Of a stretch of DNA of 54,768 nucleotides, positions 45,313-53,617 are shown piece after piece. The notes below the pieces were generated by a model. It saw only the letters and a list, made by a program, of their open reading frames with translations. It did no database searches and was not told the origin of the DNA. The position numbers were made by a program, and so were the translations under genes. The first letter of the stretch is position 1. Each line of letters opens with the position of its first letter. This DNA comes from Minisyncoccota bacterium (lineage in GTDB: Bacteria; Patescibacteriota; Minisyncoccia; Phycocordibacterales; UBA6899): positions 7,284-62,051 of the forward strand of contig DALYED010000004.1 in NCBI GenBank assembly GCA_031972735.1, written 5' to 3'.

Positions 45313-45597
45313 CTAGACTTCCTCGTTTTTCGTACGAGTTCGCTTGCGCGTTCTCATGCCAGCGAAAAAGTCCATAAGGTGTGAGATCCGCATTCCCTCA
45401 GCGCGAACTTTGGAGCGGAGTAATTGTACATCTTCGCGTATGTGATCACTTTCATCAGAAACATTATGCGCAATATGATCTACGCTTCGTAAGATGCGAA
45501 TCACATAATAGAGTGCAACCATACCCAAGATCCCAAAGAAGAACACCACGATAGTAGTGACAGCAAAGAAAATATCCATTTTTAAGAACTCACTCAT
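45313..45597 (-). CDS. Small hypothetical membrane protein
   Basis: 94 aa with one N-terminal TM segment (IFFAVTTIVVFFFGILGMVALYYVI). Confidence 0.55.
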   Translation of the reverse strand: MSEFLKMDIFFAVTTIVVFFFGILGMVALYYVIRILRSVDHIAHNVSDESDHIREDVQLLRSKVRAEGMRISHLMDFFAGMRTRKRTRTKNEEV

Positions 45598-45643
45598 GTG
45601 TATACTTATTATACTCTCCTTCGAATTTCAACCGCAAGTGCTT

Positions 45644-46660
45644 TTAGGATTTACTACTGAGAAATTCCTTCACTCCGCGTGCGACCTCATCGCTATCGTT
45701 TGCCTCCATGAGTCTCATGCGTAACTCTTTTGCACCATCAAAACCATTCACATATGCTTTGTAATGTTTTTTCATTGTTGCAAAATTTTTAATGTCACCA
45801 AGCAAGTCTTCAAAAAGCTTTGTGTGCTCAAGCATTACTTCAAAACGTCTCTCAAGTGAAATATCATCGAAACGTATTTCTTTATTGAATCTCCAAGGAT
45901 TACCAAAAATGGCTCTGCCAATCATAATTCCATCTGCACCAGTTTCTTCTGCTTTCTGTGCTGCATCTGCTAAATCAACTACATCGCCATTACCGAGAAT
46001 ACGTGTTCCAGTCCCCGTTGCAATTTCAACCGCACGAGTAACATGTTCCCATTGCGCAGGAACATCCGACATTTCTTTTCTCGTACGTGCATGAACTGTT
46101 ATTGCTGCAGGCTTTGCTGAAAGGAGTTGTGGTAACCATGTCTCAAGCTCCAACTTATTGTATCCAACACGAGTTTTTACTGAGACAGGAATCTGCTTTC
46201 CGTCTTTTTTTGCACCTGCGATGGTTGCATGTATGATTTCAACCGCCCGCAGTGGATCTTTTATTAGCGAAGCGCCTCCGCCTTGCTTTTCTACGTTTCG
46301 GTCAGGGCAACCCATATTAATATCAATTCCATCGAAACCAAGATCGACAATTAATTGCGCAACCTTTTCAAAGTGCTCTGGCTTGCCTCCAAATATCTGC
46401 GCAACAATTGGTCGCTCTGCTTCGGTGTACATTAGATCACGGAGCAAGACTTCGCGACCTGGTGAGAGCAGTCCATCAGCAGCAACAAACTCAGTCCACG
46501 TCACATCAGGCTTTCCGTACTTTGCGATTAATCTGCGAAATGCTGCATCAGTAACATCCGCCATTGGTGCAAGAACAAAAAAAGGACGAGGAAGCTTATC
46601 CCAAAATCCACTAAATGGCATATTGTCTAACATATCACGGATAGCATAGTAGAGATTCAA
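45644..46660 (-). CDS. dus: tRNA-dihydrouridine synthase
   Basis: 338 aa with FVLAPMADVTDAAFRRL, DINMGCP and ITVHARTR. The start codon is TTG. Confidence 0.88.
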   Translation of the reverse strand: MNLYYAIRDMLDNMPFSGFWDKLPRPFFVLAPMADVTDAAFRRLIAKYGKPDVTWTEFVAADGLLSPGREVLLRDLMYTEAERPIVAQIFGGKPEHFEKVAQLIVDLGFDGIDINMGCPDRNVEKQGGGASLIKDPLRAVEIIHATIAGAKKDGKQIPVSVKTRVGYNKLELETWLPQLLSAKPAAITVHARTRKEMSDVPAQWEHVTRAVEIATGTGTRILGNGDVVDLADAAQKAEETGADGIMIGRAIFGNPWRFNKEIRFDDISLERRFEVMLEHTKLFEDLLGDIKNFATMKKHYKAYVNGFDGAKELRMRLMEANDSDEVARGVKEFLSSKS

Positions 46661-46677
46661 TGAGAATTCAAGCGATA

Positions 46678-49395
46678 CTACTGAGTGGGTGGTAAAATTT
46701 CCTCACGGTCTGGAATATGAATTGACTCAAATGCAACTGCTTCAGGAGAACGCTTGTCTACTGGGGTTGTTGCAAGCTCATGATCACTTACACCTTTTAA
46801 TTCTGGAAAATCTTCGAGAGTAAATTCAAGTCGTGAACCAGGCAATACCTTCCCTGAAATAATTTTTTCAGCAACGCGTTGTTCGACAATATCTTGCACA
46901 GCACGAGTCATTGGTCGAGCGCCCATGTCAGGATCAACACCATGCGCGAGTAGTGCTTGGATCACCACATCATTAATTACAAGATTGATACTCTTCTCGC
47001 GTAAGCGCTTTTGTAGTTTTGTAAGCATGAGTTCTGCAATAATACGATACTCTGAAACAGTAAGCGGGTGAAAGAGAATGATGCCGTCAAAACGATTAAA
47101 AAGTTCGGGCTTTAATTTTCCTTGAGCAATCACTTGGTCGATAATCTCTTTTTTTACTGTCTCAAGTTCTTTTCCCACTTTAATCGCCTCACGAATTAAA
47201 GGAGCTCCAGCATTTGATGTTGCAATGAAAATCGTATTACGTGCATTTACCTTCCGTCCTTGTGCATCATGGAAAATTCCCTCATCAAATACCTGCAGAA
47301 ACACATCGAGTACTTTAGGATTTGTCTTTTCGAATTCATCAAGAAGAACTACCCCATATGGTTGCTCTTTGAGCATAGTAGGCAAAGCACCTTGCGTACC
47401 ATCCATAGCACCAATCATACGCTGAAGACCGTCGTCACCTTGAAATTCACTCATATCAAGGCGACCCATTGCTCCTTCACTTCCAAAATATACAGATGCA
47501 AGCGCCTTGGCAGTTTCAGTTTTACCGACTCCTGTTGGACCTAAGAATAGAAAAGTTCCAATTGGACGCTCCATGCTTCTCACTCCCGCACGAGAACGTC
47601 GCATTGCATTTGCGATCACTTCAACTGCTTCGACTTGTCCGATAACTTGTTTTTTCATTAGCACCTCCAGATTCATCAAACGCATACGCTCTTCATCGTC
47701 AATATTTCCCACTGGAATTTTGGTCTTTTCATGAATAAATTCAAGTACATCAAATTTCTTTATCAAGTGACCACCCTTAGCAAGCATTGTGGGGACAAGT
47801 TCAACCATCAGATCAATTGCCTTGTCTGGCATTACTCCATTTGAAAAATAATGTTCTGCACCCTTGATTATTTCAACCACGGCGGGATACGTGAAAAAAA
47901 CAGGATGTTTACGCTCCATAGCCTCAGCAACTTCCTCGAGAATACGGAGCAAAGACTCTTCTGCTGGCTCAGTGAGCATTATTTTTTCAAAACGCTGCAT
48001 GATTGCATTGTTTGGCTCGATGTATTGATGAAATCGCGCATTATCAGCCGTCGCAATTACCTGCAACGAACTTCCAGTAAGATAGCTATCAATAATACTC
48101 ATGACATCTGAATCAAGCGCTAACCCACTTTGAATAAACCCTGGAAGATCTTCTATGACTAAAATAATATTACCTGCTTTGACTGAGTCATTCATGAGAC
48201 GAATCAATCCCGTTTCTAGTGATTGTTTATCACGCATGCCAGCAATGAAACTTTTTGCATCAAATGCCATTACTCTGCGGTGTTTCAGTGCGGGGTTTGA
48301 ATACCCATTTGTAATATCACGAGCAAAATCAAGGATCACATCCATTTTTCCAGTACCCTCTTCACCTACCAAAATAGCATTTGCCTCTTTTTCTCTTGAA
48401 AGAACAATTTCGAGCTGTCTAATTTGATCATTACCATAAACAAAGCGGAAATTAGATCCGCCACCAATTGCTTCTTGTGAGAGGTCCCTGCCATACTTAC
48501 CAAGGATAAATGCACTGCCATATGCAAAATCTGCACCAAATGATTTTGATTGACCAAGTGAGACTCTTCCCCAGAAGCGTTGTTTTTGTTTACGTTTTTT
48601 AATTACGCGTTCGACCCATTCAGCAGGTCCAATAAGTTCACGCTTACGCACTCCGAGTTCAAAAATATATTGATAAAAATCAGGATCTTTTTCAATGATG
48701 ATGTCTGTGAGATCGCGCAGTGTAAATACTTGTCTTAATTCTGACTCAAGCTCATTCCAGTTCACAACTGATTTTCTGTTTTTTAGGTATTCGAGAATTG
48801 TTTCATCTGCAAGTCCGGCGCGACGAGTGATTGCTTTCCCGTAAGAAGAATTCAAGAAGCTCTTGAGTAAGTCACCATGTTTTGTTTCATAGTAAATATC
48901 ACACACCTCATAATTTGGGGTAGTGTATGGCGTTTGTGAACCAGTAACTCCACGCTCGAGCAATGCCTCTACATGATAGTAATATGATCTCGAGTAATAA
49001 GTGAGCATTTTAAGAGAAAGCCATATTGCAAGCGCAATCAGAAAAATACCATTACCTTTTGAAGAGCTCGTATCAAGAGGTATTTCATTCCCACCAATCC
49101 CAGGAATGAGAGTTGGGAGCACTGTTGTACTCGGAACAGTCATTGTTACCTCTTTTTGTACTACGAGTGTCTTGTTTGGCGCATCCATCACATTCATTTT
49201 GGGAACCACAAGTCCTGTCGCAAGTCGATGCTGGATAAATGGTGCGATACCTACCGCAAGGTATAGGAGTACGATAGTGCCAGTAATTATAGAAACCCAA
49301 TCACGAATTTTTTTAGCAATCGAGTGCTCAAGTACGATTCCTTTTTCAAAGATATAGCTTGGGTCACGCCAAAATGTATTATCAAAACCAAACAT
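46678..49395 (-). CDS. Membrane-anchored Clp/Hsp100-family AAA+ ATPase (ClpB/ClpC-like)
   Basis: 905 aa. Two TM segments replace a canonical N-domain start. The first nucleotide-binding domain has the Walker A-like GEEGTGKM. The second has GPTGVGKTETAKALA, the Walker B VVLLDEFEK, and the sensor-2 GARPMTR. Confidence 0.85.
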   Translation of the reverse strand: MFGFDNTFWRDPSYIFEKGIVLEHSIAKKIRDWVSIITGTIVLLYLAVGIAPFIQHRLATGLVVPKMNVMDAPNKTLVVQKEVTMTVPSTTVLPTLIPGIGGNEIPLDTSSSKGNGIFLIALAIWLSLKMLTYYSRSYYYHVEALLERGVTGSQTPYTTPNYEVCDIYYETKHGDLLKSFLNSSYGKAITRRAGLADETILEYLKNRKSVVNWNELESELRQVFTLRDLTDIIIEKDPDFYQYIFELGVRKRELIGPAEWVERVIKKRKQKQRFWGRVSLGQSKSFGADFAYGSAFILGKYGRDLSQEAIGGGSNFRFVYGNDQIRQLEIVLSREKEANAILVGEEGTGKMDVILDFARDITNGYSNPALKHRRVMAFDAKSFIAGMRDKQSLETGLIRLMNDSVKAGNIILVIEDLPGFIQSGLALDSDVMSIIDSYLTGSSLQVIATADNARFHQYIEPNNAIMQRFEKIMLTEPAEESLLRILEEVAEAMERKHPVFFTYPAVVEIIKGAEHYFSNGVMPDKAIDLMVELVPTMLAKGGHLIKKFDVLEFIHEKTKIPVGNIDDEERMRLMNLEVLMKKQVIGQVEAVEVIANAMRRSRAGVRSMERPIGTFLFLGPTGVGKTETAKALASVYFGSEGAMGRLDMSEFQGDDGLQRMIGAMDGTQGALPTMLKEQPYGVVLLDEFEKTNPKVLDVFLQVFDEGIFHDAQGRKVNARNTIFIATSNAGAPLIREAIKVGKELETVKKEIIDQVIAQGKLKPELFNRFDGIILFHPLTVSEYRIIAELMLTKLQKRLREKSINLVINDVVIQALLAHGVDPDMGARPMTRAVQDIVEQRVAEKIISGKVLPGSRLEFTLEDFPELKGVSDHELATTPVDKRSPEAVAFESIHIPDREEILPPTQ

Positions 49396-49396
49396 A

Positions 49397-49828
49397 CTAT
49401 GAGAAGAGCATATCTACACCGTTTATAAATAACATTGGCACTAGCACAGGAAGTGCAACCCACAGCAGAAAGAACATTCCCCCTGCGATTAGTACAACGA
49501 AAAATGAGAGAAGTGCAATGATGATAATTGCTGCACGCAACAAAAAACCAACGATACGCATAATGAAATTCACAAATAAGTTTGAGAAAAATGCTTCAGG
49601 GTGAAGTAGTATGCTTACTTTTTCTTCTTGGAGTCGCTTGAATGGAGCGAAGAGACTTAATGTAACATCAGGAACTGAAAATATATGATTGACGAACCAA
49701 ACGTAATTCCACCATATATGGAACATGTCACTTATTGCGGTACTAAAATGCCAAACGAGATAGTTTTTAGCAATTGAGATTATGTTCATTAAAAAAATTA
49801 TATCATGGAGAACAAAAGCGTACACCAA
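49397..49828 (-). CDS. Hypothetical polytopic membrane protein
   Basis: 143 aa with several TM segments. Its stop abuts the Clp-like gene start, with a 1-nt gap. Confidence 0.55.
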   Translation of the reverse strand: MVYAFVLHDIIFLMNIISIAKNYLVWHFSTAISDMFHIWWNYVWFVNHIFSVPDVTLSLFAPFKRLQEEKVSILLHPEAFFSNLFVNFIMRIVGFLLRAAIIIIALLSFFVVLIAGGMFFLLWVALPVLVPMLFINGVDMLFS

Positions 49829-49898
49829 CTTACAACTAATTCACAGCAACATACCGCATCAGCATGCGGATAGCGTTCTTATATAAATACGTAGGCGC

Positions 49899-50768
49899 TT
49901 ATCTGTAGAAAATTTTATTTCCAAATCGCAAATCAATTGTTCGCACACTCTTTCCTTTATCTGGAGACTTATCAAGATTTTTTAGCACAACTCCAAGATT
50001 TGAAATAGCACGATCAGCATCTTTGTCATACGAAAAAAGTATCTCCCAAGGCATACCTACCTCAAGAAGGATGTCATTGCCCCCCAATAGTGTTACGACA
50101 TGAGTGGTGAGTCCGACAACTGAGAGATGATCGATAAATGATGTTATCTTTTCATAATCTGGTTCACTTATCACTCGTGTTCCTATTGGAGATTGATGCA
50201 TTACGGCTTCTTCTGAAGTTGATGCAATGATCGCAACAAATGGGTATCCCACGTACTCAGGAGCTTCTGCATACACATATCCCTCCTCGTCAGCAAAAAA
50301 GCAATCTTTTGGTTGTTGATCAGTGGGTGTTGAAGATGCAATATGATCAGCCTTATCGCTGTGCAGACAGTAAAGGAAGTTTGGTGTAAATTCTGTGACT
50401 TCGATCTTGAGTTTGTTTTTTGTATCAAATGTAGTTTCAACATGCGCAAGTCGCGGAGAAATTGAAAGCACATCTGTTTTTAATTGTGTCTCAGGGTAAA
50501 GAAATTTATTGTTGCGGTTGATACGATATAGATATTTTTGATCAAGTAATGATACCGCTAGCATTTGAATACTTGTACTTGATACCGCATGAGTACCAAG
50601 AACAGTAATCTCATTTATAAAGAGTGATGGGCGAGCAAATACCCACACCACAAGAAGATACACTCCATAAACAACAATCAAAAAGTATGCGATATACTCA
50701 AACGTCTTATCAATCGTACGCGAACGTGCGTGAGAAGACTTCAGTTTCTTTCTTCTTACAATTACCAT
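49899..50768 (-). CDS. FtsQ/DivIB-like cell-division protein (POTRA domain)
   Basis: 289 aa with a basic N-terminus, one TM segment, then INEITVLGTHAVSSTSI...LKIEVTEFTP, which is typical of POTRA_1/FtsQ. Confidence 0.55.
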   Translation of the reverse strand: MVIVRRKKLKSSHARSRTIDKTFEYIAYFLIVVYGVYLLVVWVFARPSLFINEITVLGTHAVSSTSIQMLAVSLLDQKYLYRINRNNKFLYPETQLKTDVLSISPRLAHVETTFDTKNKLKIEVTEFTPNFLYCLHSDKADHIASSTPTDQQPKDCFFADEEGYVYAEAPEYVGYPFVAIIASTSEEAVMHQSPIGTRVISEPDYEKITSFIDHLSVVGLTTHVVTLLGGNDILLEVGMPWEILFSYDKDADRAISNLGVVLKNLDKSPDKGKSVRTIDLRFGNKIFYR

Positions 50769-50789
50769 GCAACACCTGCAAAATCGCAG

Positions 50790-52052
50790 TTATCCTATTA
50801 CTGACTTACCCATAAATGGGACAAGTGCATCTGGAACACGAATAGTACCATCAGCCTGTTGATAATTTTCAATAATCGAAACAAGGATGCGCGGAGTAGG
50901 GATTGCAGTACAGTTGAGCGAATGTGCAAAACGCATTTTACCAGAATCATCTCGATAGCGTGTATTAAGTCTTCTTGTCTGAAAGTCATGGAAATATGAA
51001 GCCGAACTGATCTCACGATACTTCCCTTCACCAGGGACCCAAAGCTCGATGTCGTATTTTTTCACCTGACCCAAGCCTAAATCACCACCGCAATTCACAA
51101 CGGTATGATATGGAATACCGAGAAGCTCAATGAATTCCTCAGTGTTACGATTGATCTCATCATGGAGCGCAACCGAAGTCTCATGACTTCCTTCGCAAAG
51201 TACAACCTGCTCCCATTTAAAAAATTCATGGACACGGATGAGTCCGCGGGTATCTTTGCCATGAGCACCTGCTTCGCGACGAAAGCATGGAGAAAATGCG
51301 AGAAATTTAATTGGACCCTTCGAAAGATCAATCGTCTCGTCCATGTAATACCCCATTGTTGCCACTTCACCTGTACCTGCAAGAAAATCACCATCTTGTG
51401 TTTTATATAAATCATCTTCTCCTTGAGGTAGGTATCCGGTTCCCAAAAAAGTCTCACGGCGCACAAGAGATGGAACAAGCATGGGAGTAAAAGATTTACC
51501 AACCCAATGCTTGAGTGCGAGCTGCCAAACAGCATTCGCAAGCAGCACTCCGTCACCCTTCAGAAAATATCCTCGAAAACCAGCGACTTTAGTGCCCCGT
51601 TCAAAGTCCACCATGTCATGCTTCTCCATTAGTTCAATGTGAGTTTTTGCTTCAAAGCCAAGTTGAGTAGGTTCACCCCAACGTTTTATTTCTTGATTAT
51701 CTTCGTCGCCTCCTCCTTCAGGAACAGTGATGTCTGGTACGTTCGGAACTTGAAGCATTAGTAATCTCCAGATTTCAAGAATTTGTTTGAGCTCTTCTTC
51801 TTTTGTCCCAATTTTATCTTTGAACTCTTTCATTGCGTCAATCATAGATTGGCGCTCGATGGGGTCGGTCGCACGAGCAATTTTATCTGTATAACTATTC
51901 TGCTCTGCGCGCATCGCCTCTACTTCAGCAAGGAGTGAGCTACGTTTTTCTTCAGCAAGAATGAGACTTTCCACTTCGAAATCAATATGCTTTTTTGCTG
52001 CTGCGAGTTTAATAAGGTCTGGATTTTCGCGAATGAATTTGATATCTAACAT
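50790..52052 (-). CDS. serS: Seryl-tRNA synthetase
   Basis: 420 aa with MLDIKFIRENPDLIK, an N-terminal coiled coil, and the class II motifs FRREAG and GTAIPTPRILVSIIENYQ-like blocks. Confidence 0.93.
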   Translation of the reverse strand: MLDIKFIRENPDLIKLAAAKKHIDFEVESLILAEEKRSSLLAEVEAMRAEQNSYTDKIARATDPIERQSMIDAMKEFKDKIGTKEEELKQILEIWRLLMLQVPNVPDITVPEGGGDEDNQEIKRWGEPTQLGFEAKTHIELMEKHDMVDFERGTKVAGFRGYFLKGDGVLLANAVWQLALKHWVGKSFTPMLVPSLVRRETFLGTGYLPQGEDDLYKTQDGDFLAGTGEVATMGYYMDETIDLSKGPIKFLAFSPCFRREAGAHGKDTRGLIRVHEFFKWEQVVLCEGSHETSVALHDEINRNTEEFIELLGIPYHTVVNCGGDLGLGQVKKYDIELWVPGEGKYREISSASYFHDFQTRRLNTRYRDDSGKMRFAHSLNCTAIPTPRILVSIIENYQQADGTIRVPDALVPFMGKSVIG

Positions 52053-52103
52053 ATTCCGCTATCATAGCAAACAGCCACCTTTTTCCAAAATTATTCAAAT
52101 AAA

Positions 52104-52129
52104 ATGACCACGCATGGGTGCGTGGTCAT
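52104..52129 (-). terminator. Rho-independent terminator
   Basis: ATGACCACGCA TGGG TGCGTGGTCAT, an 11-bp stem. On the minus strand it is followed by TTTTATTT. Confidence 0.7.
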
Positions 52130-52149
52130 GAAGTTTCGTGATGAATATA

Positions 52150-52485
52150 TTATATAGGCTGACATTCTTTACCTGTCGCAAGCTCAAACAACCGTCGATT
52201 GATTAGTGTGAGTGCATAAAGATCTTCAGTAAGGCGTGCAGTGTATGCACCCATGCAAAGCGGCAAATTTCTTGAAAATGCATCAGCATAGGCAAACGGT
52301 AATATTTTTCCATGCTGTAACGCATCAATGATTTCCAATGTGCGTGTTTGTACTTCAGTTAGTCGTTTGAGTTCTTCCCCCATATATCCTACTGATTGCG
52401 TAATGATGTTGGCAATCTCTACTGATTGGGCATTCAGTAGTGCAAGGCTCTGTGCAATTGGATTTACTGCAGATTGAGTCTTCAC
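52150..52485 (-). CDS. Hypothetical protein
   Basis: 111-aa ORF with its own terminator. No recognised motif. Confidence 0.5.
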   Translation of the reverse strand: MKTQSAVNPIAQSLALLNAQSVEIANIITQSVGYMGEELKRLTEVQTRTLEIIDALQHGKILPFAYADAFSRNLPLCMGAYTARLTEDLYALTLINRRLFELATGKECQPI

Positions 52486-52614
52486 GATGGGCTCTCCTCA
52501 CCTATTATTGATAGAACAATTTTCCAAATTTCCGTCCTAAATTAATTCATTTATATTTAATTCTGTCAAGTACACTTTTGAGGCAAGTCTGTGTAGTCTC
52601 ATTTATATAACATC

Positions 52615-53472
52615 ATGGATATCATCAAACTTAATCCAGAAGAATTCCCTCCACAACTACTGGAGACCCCTGAGCCACCAAAGTCACTTTGGCGTATTGG
52701 TACACTTCCATCTCCTGACACAACACTACTTACTGTAGTTGGTGCACGCAAACACTCATCGTATGGAAAAGAAGCATGCGAGACACTCATTGCGGGGCTT
52801 TCAGGTTATGACATTACCGTAATCTCAGGACTTGCACTTGGGATTGATACAATTGCGCACAAAGCTGCCATGTCGGCAGGACTTACAACCCTTGCTGTGC
52901 CCGGCTCTGGTCTTCATCAAAAAGTCCTCTATCCGCGCTCAAATCTTCGTCTTGCTGAAGCTATCGTTGCAAGCGGAGGGTCTCTCCTTTCTGAATTTGA
53001 GCCAGATACTCCAGCTGCACCTTGGACCTTTCCAAAGCGCAATCGCATTATGGCGGGACTTGCGCAAGCAACCTTAGTGATTGAAGCTGAGACACGTTCA
53101 GGCACACTCATTACATCTCGACTTGCGACAGATTATAATCGTGATGTCTTTGCGGTTCCTGGTGAAATATTTTCTCCATTGGCAGCGGGCCCTAATATGT
53201 TGATTGCGCTTGGTGCCACTCCTATTCATTCGAGTGATGATATCTTGCGTGCACTTGGCTTTTCAATAGAGGTAACGAATGAACGGGAAAAAGACTATTC
53301 GATGCTTTCTCATGAAGAACAATTGGTCATGGAAGCACTTACCTCAACAATGTATCGAGAGCAACTCATCAGTGAGCTAAACATGTCTCCCAGTGAAGGA
53401 AATATCTTACTCATGAAAATGGAAATTGCTGGCCACATTATTGAAACTCCAAGCGGAATTCGCAGAAGTTAA
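52615..53472 (+). CDS. dprA: DNA-processing protein A (DprA/Smf)
   Basis: 285 aa with VVGARKHSSYGKEACETLIAGLSGYDITVISGLALGIDTIAHKAAM and GTLITSRLATDYNRDVFAVPG. Confidence 0.88.
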   Translation: MDIIKLNPEEFPPQLLETPEPPKSLWRIGTLPSPDTTLLTVVGARKHSSYGKEACETLIAGLSGYDITVISGLALGIDTIAHKAAMSAGLTTLAVPGSGLHQKVLYPRSNLRLAEAIVASGGSLLSEFEPDTPAAPWTFPKRNRIMAGLAQATLVIEAETRSGTLITSRLATDYNRDVFAVPGEIFSPLAAGPNMLIALGATPIHSSDDILRALGFSIEVTNEREKDYSMLSHEEQLVMEALTSTMYREQLISELNMSPSEGNILLMKMEIAGHIIETPSGIRRS

Positions 53473-53617
53473 TAGGTGGCTGTTTATAAATTTTTCGTAA
53501 GCATTATTTTTATATCAACAGATGTTGTTTCGTCCATACACCTAATCACGTAATCTTACTCATCCCCGTTTATACATTTGCAAAATAATTTTACGCGTGA
53601 TACTCATATACAAATCT

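Noticed and set aside
52068-53488. An inverted 12-mer AGGTGGCTGTTT, with AAACAGCCACCT at about 52069 and AGGTGGCTGTTT at about 53475, flanking the hypothetical gene and dprA
   Set aside because: A 12-nt match on either strand is expected many times by chance in a 55-kb window. Identity does not extend beyond it.
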